A stretch of DNA of 64,000 nt from Octopus vulgaris (Eukaryota): assembly GCA_951406725.2 (NCBI GenBank), contig OX597821.1:1984001-2048000 (forward strand). The letters are read 5' to 3'. The position numbers and the translations under genes are program-made. Under the pieces are notes generated by a model. That model was given only the letters and a program-made list of their open reading frames with translations. It was not told the DNA's origin and did not search any database. Positions 55,336-64,000 of the stretch are shown here, in pieces. Within the stretch, counting starts at the first letter, position 1. Every line of letters starts with the position of its first letter.

Positions 55336-56510
55336 GAGTTTTTCAGGTAGGTGTCTAAGCAATCTTCCTTGTTATTGCCAGTTGTAAAAGTCCACGGCCT
55401 TCCTCTTTTCTTGGCAGATAAAGTCGTTCTAAATCTGACTTAGGGTGGTGCATTCTATGCATTGTCAACAGTTTTCGTATTTTTCTGTCAAGATTACATA
55501 TTTCAGTAACTGACCAGTTAAGGATATTGAAACTGTAAGTCACGACTGGTATGGCTAAATCATTGATCGCTTCGATCATGTTTCTCGCATTCAGCTCTGT
55601 CTTTAGTATTGCACTTACTCTGCGATAACATTCTCTCCTGATCCTTTCCTTCATCACTGAATGCCTTATTCTGTCCCCTTCAATTACCCCTAGGTACTTG
55701 TAGCTCTCCGCTGGGTCTAATTCTTTTATGACATTCTACCGGTCAAGGTTAACGTTAGATGTTTCTGTCATTTTTCCTTTGATAAAGGTAGCTTTTGCAC
55801 ATTTATCGAGGCCAAATTGCATTCTGATGTCATCACTGAATTGTTTAACAATCGCTAGTAAGCCCTTGAGTTGTTGGTCATTTTTTGCAAAGAGCTTTAA
55901 ATCATCCATGTAAATGAGATGATTTATATTTTTATCAAACATTTTTATATCCGTACTGCGCGTCATTGAGCAATTTTGAGAGAGGTATCAAGGCTAAACA
56001 AAAGAGGAGTGGTGATAGGAGTCACCCTCGAAAATGCCAAATGGAATTTTTACATCACCAGCATTTAGAGATTCATTGTCACTGTTTAAAGTTAGTGTGG
56101 TTCTCCATGATCTCATACTTACAGACAAAAAGTTTCGCAGAGTAGGCGCTATTTTATACATTTCCAGGCATTTCTTTATCCAGCTATGTGGTAGGCTATC
56201 AAAAGCCTTTTTATAGTCTATCCAGGCTATTGATAAGTTTTTGTGTCGTTTGTGACAATCTTCTAAGATCATCTTATTGATGAGTAGTTGATCTTTATAA
56301 CCATAGAATCCATGTTTACATCCTTTTTGTTCATTTGGGAATATGCTGCTGTCTGTTGAAAAACTATAGGTATATTCCGTCAGGGTAGATGTTAGCGTTT
56401 TATACATAGTTGTTAAGCAGGTTATGGGTCTATAGTTTTTGGTTCATTTGTTTCTTCACTTTTTGGAAGCAGGAATGTTAACCCAGTAACTAGCCAAGGA
56501 GGTATCCTAC
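55336..56510 (-). pseudogene. Reverse transcriptase region of an R4/Dong-clade non-LTR retrotransposon (frameshifted)
   Basis: YRPITCLTTMYK, EQKGC, AWIDYKKAFDSLPHSWI, GIFEGDS, YMDDLKL, FGLDKC, RLYLPRKEEGRGL. Confidence 0.92.
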
Positions 56511-56553
56511 TAGGGTGTTGCAAAATATCATTGTAAAGATATTATTACTTTTA

Positions 56554-57463
<910 letters not shown>

Positions 57464-57521
57464 GTTATTATTATTATTATTATTACTATTGTTATTATTA
57501 TTATTATTTTTATTATTATTG

Positions 57522-57586
<65 letters not shown>

Positions 57587-57588
<2 letters not shown>

Positions 57589-57775
57589 AGCGGTGATCTG
57601 GCGGAATCGTTATCGTGTCGGGCAAAATACTTATCAGCATATCGTCCGTCTTTACGTTCTGAGTTCAAATGCCACTTCACCTTTCATCCTTTCGGGGTCG
57701 ATCAAATATGTACCAGTTGATCTGTGAGGTTACTATAATCAACCTATCTCTTCCTTCGAAATTGCTGGCCTTGTG
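57587..57775 (+). mobile_element. SINE C
   Basis: aaagcggtgatctggcggaatcgtta...gttctgagttcaaat...cctttcatcctttcggggtcgat. Confidence 0.8.
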
Positions 57776-58341
57776 CTTATTGTAGAATATAGGAATATTA
57801 TAAAAGTGTTTAGTGTAAATAGCAGTATTTTTGTAGGTTGAAAACACAGGCAATTCATTGAAATTTATCCCAAAGAAAGTTTAGGATGGTTATACCGCGT
57901 CCCACCCTGAGCTGACTGAATGTAGGTTGAGTAAAATGTTGAGGGAGGATTGAATGTGACACAAGAATAATATTTCTTGAAATTTGTAGCGAAGAATGAT
58001 CTCACTAACATCATATTTGTTTGATTTTGTTGCCAACTTCCATTTTTACATTCGGTGGAATAGAAGGCATACCCGTGCGTGTATTTAGATATGCAGATGT
58101 ACTTTTGTGTGAATGTTTGTGAGGGTAGGATGGAGTGTGGAGATGTACGTTTGAGATGTACGTATGTGAGGAAACATTACTCTTTCAAATGTCTTAACTG
58201 ATAGAATCTTGTTGATTTAGCGTGCGGTGGCATTCCGCCATTACTTTTTCACGTGTCATACGAAAGACAAAACGCTGTTAATAAGAATACATACATACAG
58301 ACATATATATATATATATATACATACATACTCATACATACG

Positions 58342-58424
<83 letters not shown>

Positions 58425-58529
58425 GGGGGCATTATTGTAATCATTGTTACTATTATTGGATGAGAGAACAACGCATGCCATCAAAGTGACACTGGAGTAT
58501 AAATATACAAAGCCCAATATACACACTAT

Positions 58530-58591
<62 letters not shown>

Positions 58592-58654
58592 TTATTATTA
58601 TTATCATTATTATTATTACTATTATTATTCTTTTTTCTATTGTTATTATTTATT

Positions 58655-58836
58655 AAAGACTCGCAGATTAGTTTGGTGGGTATAGTGGAAAGTGTCAGCA
58701 GTCCACAGCCAACAGATTAAGGTGACTCTTGTTTACTGGTCATGCTTCAAGAATTCTGCGAAAAATTCTTACAGTTTCAAGTAATACTGATTTTTGTAGG
58801 TGTTCTCCCTTCATACTTGCACCAATGTTTTTAGCC
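58655..58836 (-). mobile_element. 3' end of another R4/Dong-like LINE next to a TAA tract
   Basis: HLQKSVLLETVRIFRRILEA* (stop at 58740-58742) parallels the C-terminus at 56767. Confidence 0.7.
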
Positions 58837-58899
58837 ATCTATCTCCCTATGTATGTATGTATGTATGTATGTATGTATGTATGTATGTATGTATGTATG

Positions 58900-58945
<46 letters not shown>

Positions 58946-59234
58946 CCCTGTCTGTCCTTTTGTCTGTCTGTCTGTCTGCCTGTCTGTCTGTCTTTCTATT
59001 GTGACAATGTAGTTGCGTGTATTTGTGAGAATGTAGTTATTTGTATTTCTTATTTTTTTAATATTTTATGTCTTTTATACTATTCATACATATTAGAGTA
59101 ATTTCCCTTTTATTCAACGTTTTTATTTTTACATAGCATCTCTCGTCAAAAATTACCGAAGGAAATGCCCCGAAGCTTTTAGCTGCGGCATTTGAAACTC
59201 TGAGTTCTATTATGACAACTTACTGATTGTCCTC

Positions 59235-59268
<34 letters not shown>

Positions 59269-59271
<3 letters not shown>

Positions 59272-59467
59272 CAATAATAAATCTCTGAACGATATAAACA
59301 GTCACTGCAGGACAATGTGAGGTATACTTGCCATCTCAATATGGCTAACCACTAAGGGTGGGTGTTACTGTGTGCCTAAAGCCAGCTGGAGACGATGTTC
59401 TCCTGGGGCTACAAGCTACAGTAACACCCACCCTTAGTGGTTAGCCATATTGAGATGGCTAGTATAC
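59269..59467. repeat. Tail-out inverted pair (50-bp arms 59322-59371 and 59418-59467) of a repeat also at 21300-21417 and ~36945-36990
   Basis: One mismatch between arms; flanked by (TA)n/(CA)n. Confidence 0.8.
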
Positions 59468-59479
59468 TTTACGTTATAT

Positions 59480-59512
<33 letters not shown>

Positions 59513-59760
59513 GATATATATATATAATAATAGTTATCGCCATACTAATATGGCATTCTTATAAAAATAAGAATAAAGCTGACCGCTTATTAGCTCCATG
59601 AGGCCATCGCCTTAAGTTAGCTATTTGATACACAAACTGTATCCATATAACCTTCGAACAAGGGAGACTTAGTAATTTTAATATTTCTATTATATATATA
59701 TATATATGATTGATTGATTCTAGTTTCAGCTTATGAGCTGTGGCCATGCTGGGGCACCGC

Positions 59761-59829
<69 letters not shown>

Positions 59830-60195
59830 TGTATGTATGTATGTATGTATGTATGTATGTATGTATATATATACTCACACTCACACAGAGTTTCTGTCTA
59901 CCACATCCACTTATAAGGTTTTGGTCGAACCGAGGCGACTATAGAAACTGAACCCGGAGCAATGTGGTTGGGAAGCAAGCTTCTTACCACGCATTCATAC
60001 ATTCATGTGTGTATCAGTAGATTAATAGACATACAAACACATGTATAGTTACAAAAGTTTCCTCACACTCCCCCTCCCATTCTCTGTTTGACATTTCACC
60101 TTCATTTCCCTCCACGCTCTGCAGTTTTACTTTCTTAACATAAAATTTTTGTCCTTCGTTGTCACTCTCAATCTCCGCCCGTAAATCTCTTTTTC

Positions 60196-60484
<289 letters not shown>

Positions 60485-61169
60485 TAATTCTGTTCCTTCT
60501 CAATCTTGTTATTTCCCTTCTGCCCTTCCATTGAATGTAATTCTATGGAATGGCATAATGAAATGAAACACAAAAGTTGTCACATATTAGGTGCCTGCCG
60601 TAATATTACACGTAATTCTATAGACTCAACTGTAAAACCTTTAATGGACGGAGAGTTAAGGTAACATAATTATAATTTCAACTCAGACCAGTTTAGGGAC
60701 ATAAGTAGATTCGGCCATCTCTCGTAAAAGAGCGAAAATAAAATTGAAAGGACTAAAGGAAATAAAAGGAAATACGTTTTAAACTATAATAGGTACAGTG
60801 TAAGAGAGGAATGCAAAGGAAGAGGACCAGGAACAGTAAAGAATATTACAAATTACAAAAAAAAAAAAAAATGAGATTAGTTTCGGAATTTCGTTTGGTT
60901 ATAATAGAGTCAGTGCTTGGTTTGTTTTTATTATATTTCTTAATGCTTTTCTTTTTCCTTTTCTTTTTTTCAAGTCTTTAGTTTCTATTTGTGTTGCAAA
61001 CACGAACCGCAGAATGAAAGACAGGGATGGAGAAAGCAAGCGTAAAAAGTGAAATGTAGATGAGAAGGGGGTAAAAATTTTAGAGCAGGGGAGACAGTAG
61101 GAGGAAGGAAAACGGTGGGTCTTTTCGAAATTCTGGCACCTTCTGGAGAATGCATTACAGAAATTCTTT

Positions 61170-61184
61170 AGAATATTCTAGAAA
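61170..61184. promoter_or_regulatory. Perfect three-unit heat-shock element
   Basis: aGAAtaTTCtaGAAa, with additional GAA/TTC half-sites at 61123-61166. Confidence 0.4.
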
Positions 61185-61575
61185 TGTTGGTTTCCCAACT
61201 GAATTTTACGTTTGTTTCCCAGCTGAATTTTACGTGTGTTAAATGATATTGACCTGTTTTTGTAACCTTCATTTTCTTTCCTACACGATCCCTTCATTAT
61301 ATATTACACGACACAGTTCCGTTTTATATAATGAGAAACAGAGCGTGGAGGAAAATGAAATACGGAAAAGGAAAGAGAAAAGGAAACCTAAAGAAATACG
61401 CAAAATAGTGAGAAAATGGAAATTATGTTACTTTAGAATTATGTATGCATCAGGAAATAAGCAGCATAATATATGTGACTTGTTTTTATTCGTTAGAAGG
61501 AGTATGAGTTGTAGCAATTTTTAGCCTGACTACAAGCAGCTTATTTACAGGAAAAAAAAGTAATTGAATGATCTA

Positions 61576-61588
61576 CAAAATGGCGGCG
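61576..61588 (+). promoter_or_regulatory. YY1 consensus motif
   Basis: CAAAATGGCGGCG, with a GGGCGG at ~61658. Confidence 0.35.
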
Positions 61589-61873
61589 TTTCATTTTTGT
61601 TTTTCAGTCGTGCGCGAATAGGTTGATGAGGTGAAAATGATAGCAAAGTTGATCAGTGGGCGGTGCGCTTGAAACAGTAAAATAATGTATGTAAAAAGCT
61701 CATGATTCGAAGAGATTGATTAAATTCGAGTGATGAATGACTTTTAGGAATATTATGCTTGTTGTTGCCCTACAAATCCTAAATATTAATAAGCATTAGA
61801 ATATATACCTCTATATCGGCGTGTGTGTACACACACATATTCATTAATATATGTTATTCATATATATATGCAT

Positions 61874-62050
61874 TAGCCACTATACATTCTTTATTTTCTT
61901 TCCTTGTTTCTTTCTGTGTTCCTTTCTGTGGAAGAGCGTAGGATCGAAAAGTTAAAGACTTTCACTTCCCGAGCGTTATACTAATACATCTGTTTGTTGT
62001 CTACACCACCTGTCTTCGTCTTTTGTATTTTTTTGTGAATTCTCCCCCCC
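61874..62050 (+). mobile_element. Copy of the 17611 family (HHR-like motif 61922-61957)
   Basis: ctttctgtggaagagcgtaggatcgaaaagttaaag, plus shared flanks. Confidence 0.7.
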
Positions 62051-62225
62051 ATATATATATATAATCAACCGAAATTGCGAGGATAATCTGGTGCTTGACT
62101 TTGGAACGAAAAATTTGAACAAGCCGTCCTTGTTTTCGTTGCGATGTTTTGTTTTCGTTGGATGTTAGTTGTCCCTTTTTGTATTACCTAGCTGTCCGGA
62201 TGTTTTGCGTTCTTGTCCCAGTTTC

Positions 62226-62380
<155 letters not shown>

Positions 62381-63102
62381 TGCATGCATTTGTGCGTGTG
62401 AGTGTATGATTGTATGTATGAGTATGTATATTATGCTTGTTTGTGCGTGCGCATTTGTATGAAAATACAAAAATCGAATCGTTGCTCATTGAGAACAGGC
62501 ACCTCTGAATAAATGATCGAACTGATGCCAAATCCGATTCACGAAGGATTTTTATACAAGTGAATAAGTCACTAGTAATATCACTTGTAGAGGCTTAAAA
62601 ACCGTTACTTTTTTAAACAACTCAATGTCGCGTGCTCTGGAATTCATAATGCCGGAGCGAAATTCGGTTTCCATGACTGAGATCATAAAACTTTCCCAGA
62701 GCAGGATGCCTATCTTTGGAACACATATGCAGCTCAGGAGACTTGTCCAACATGAAATGAAGTGTTTTGTTCAAGAAACCGAAGTGCTGTCCACTCAGAG
62801 AATCCAAACCACAAACTAACGATTGTGTATGCAAACACCCCAACCAATAGGCCACCCGCTTTCACGTTTTAAATTAACGAGTGCTATATTAGTGAATTCA
62901 TCCAGAGCAAAAGTAATTATTGCTAATTAACAGTTTAACTCAATTAATCTCACAATCCTCGTAATGTGACCATTTTAATGACTGTGGATCGTTTTATTTA
63001 TAGATCAATATCCTACGTTTTATTTTATCCGTGAGAGTTGCAATTTGAACTATAGACACTTCATGAAGTTGTGGTTGTTTGAATATTAGGAAATAGCGAT
63101 GT

Positions 63103-63515
63103 TGCGCAGGAGTGGCTATGTGGTAAGTAGCTTGTTTACCAACCATATGGTTTAGGGTTCATTCCCACTGCGTGGCAATTGAGCAAGTGTCTTGTGCTAT
63201 AGCCTCGGGCAGACCAAAGCCTTGTGAGTGGTTTTGGTAGATGGAAACTGAAGGAAGCCCGTCGTACTTATGTATATATATGTATGTGTGTGTATATGTT
63301 TTTGTGTCTGTGTTTGTTTCCCCACTACACCATCGCTTGACAACCGATGCTGGTGTGTTTACGTCCCCGTAACTTAGCAGTTCGGCAAAAAAGACCGATA
63401 GAATAAGTACTAGCCTTACAAAGAATAAGTCCTGGGGTCGATTTGCTCGACTAAAAGCGGTGCTCCAGCATGGCCGCATTCAAATGACTGAAGCAAATAA
63501 AATAGTAAAGAGAGT
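63103..63515 (+). mobile_element. SINE A, full length
   Basis: Matches 1969-2373. Confidence 0.9.
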
Positions 63516-63869
63516 ATGCTCGTTCATAAAACTAGCAATATTTGAACGAGTGTTGCGAAAATGAACATGGGAGCATATCTAAAGAAGCAACGCCAATCTC
63601 TTATTCAACGTAATCTTGACGTTTTCTAATATTCCAAAGGAATAAGACGAGGATTTTCTTGCATTTATGCTGCCTTCTGTTTGTTACTTTTCCTATGATC
63701 GGAAAGACTTCCTTTCTCGAATGTTTTTTCACTTTATCCTCCGTCAGCATTCTTATTTGCTAGCTTAAACTTTGTAATTGGCCTCATGTATCACGTTTAA
63801 TCTATTTTGGAGGCTATTTTTGATTGGTGCATATAACGCTTCGTTTTTAGAAATTGCACCTCTTAGCAC

Positions 63870-63982
63870 TTGTGTTCATTTGGCTAATGCGTTCACTTCT
63901 GTAATATGTTCACCTGTGTTATTTGTTCACTAGTGTATTGTGTTCAATTGCGTAATGTGTTCACATGTATAACGTGTTCACC
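63870..63982. repeat. Degenerate 17-bp tandem repeat (gtaatgtgttcac-like), about 6-7 units
   Basis: gttca recurs with ~17-bp spacing. Confidence 0.7.
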
Positions 63983-64000
63983 ACTCACTTCCTTCTACTT

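Noticed and set aside
59322-59467. Long hairpin as a pre-miRNA or ribozyme
   Set aside because: The arms belong to a dispersed repeat, and no HHR core is visible.

Overview
AT-rich, repeat-saturated eukaryotic DNA with no intact host gene that I can support. The SINE families, dense microsatellites and R4/Dong-type LINE pieces resemble coleoid cephalopod (probably Octopus) DNA; this is inference from recalled repeat families, not a database result. Most ORFs in the track are translations of microsatellites. Supported coding remnants are all from transposons: Tc1/mariner transposases (one apparently with an intron), R4/Dong-type RT and restriction-like endonuclease (RLE) pieces in (TAA)n arrays, and a CR1-type LINE 3' end. 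There are three tRNA-headed SINE families and three MITEs. The main unexpected signal is about 14 complete or near-complete type I hammerhead ribozyme (HHR) motifs from about 10 sequence-unrelated families, folded by eye. Most sit in short elements inserted at (TA)n tracts, often as tail-out inverted pairs, which resembles Penelope-like element (PLE) pseudo-LTRs or retrozymes. They include U3-A8, C4 and U6 core variants, palindromic dimer-type stem III, and stem II extensions up to about 96 nt. One HHR is carried by a tRNA-headed SINE. Coordinates were counted by hand, and diverged repeat boundaries are approximate.
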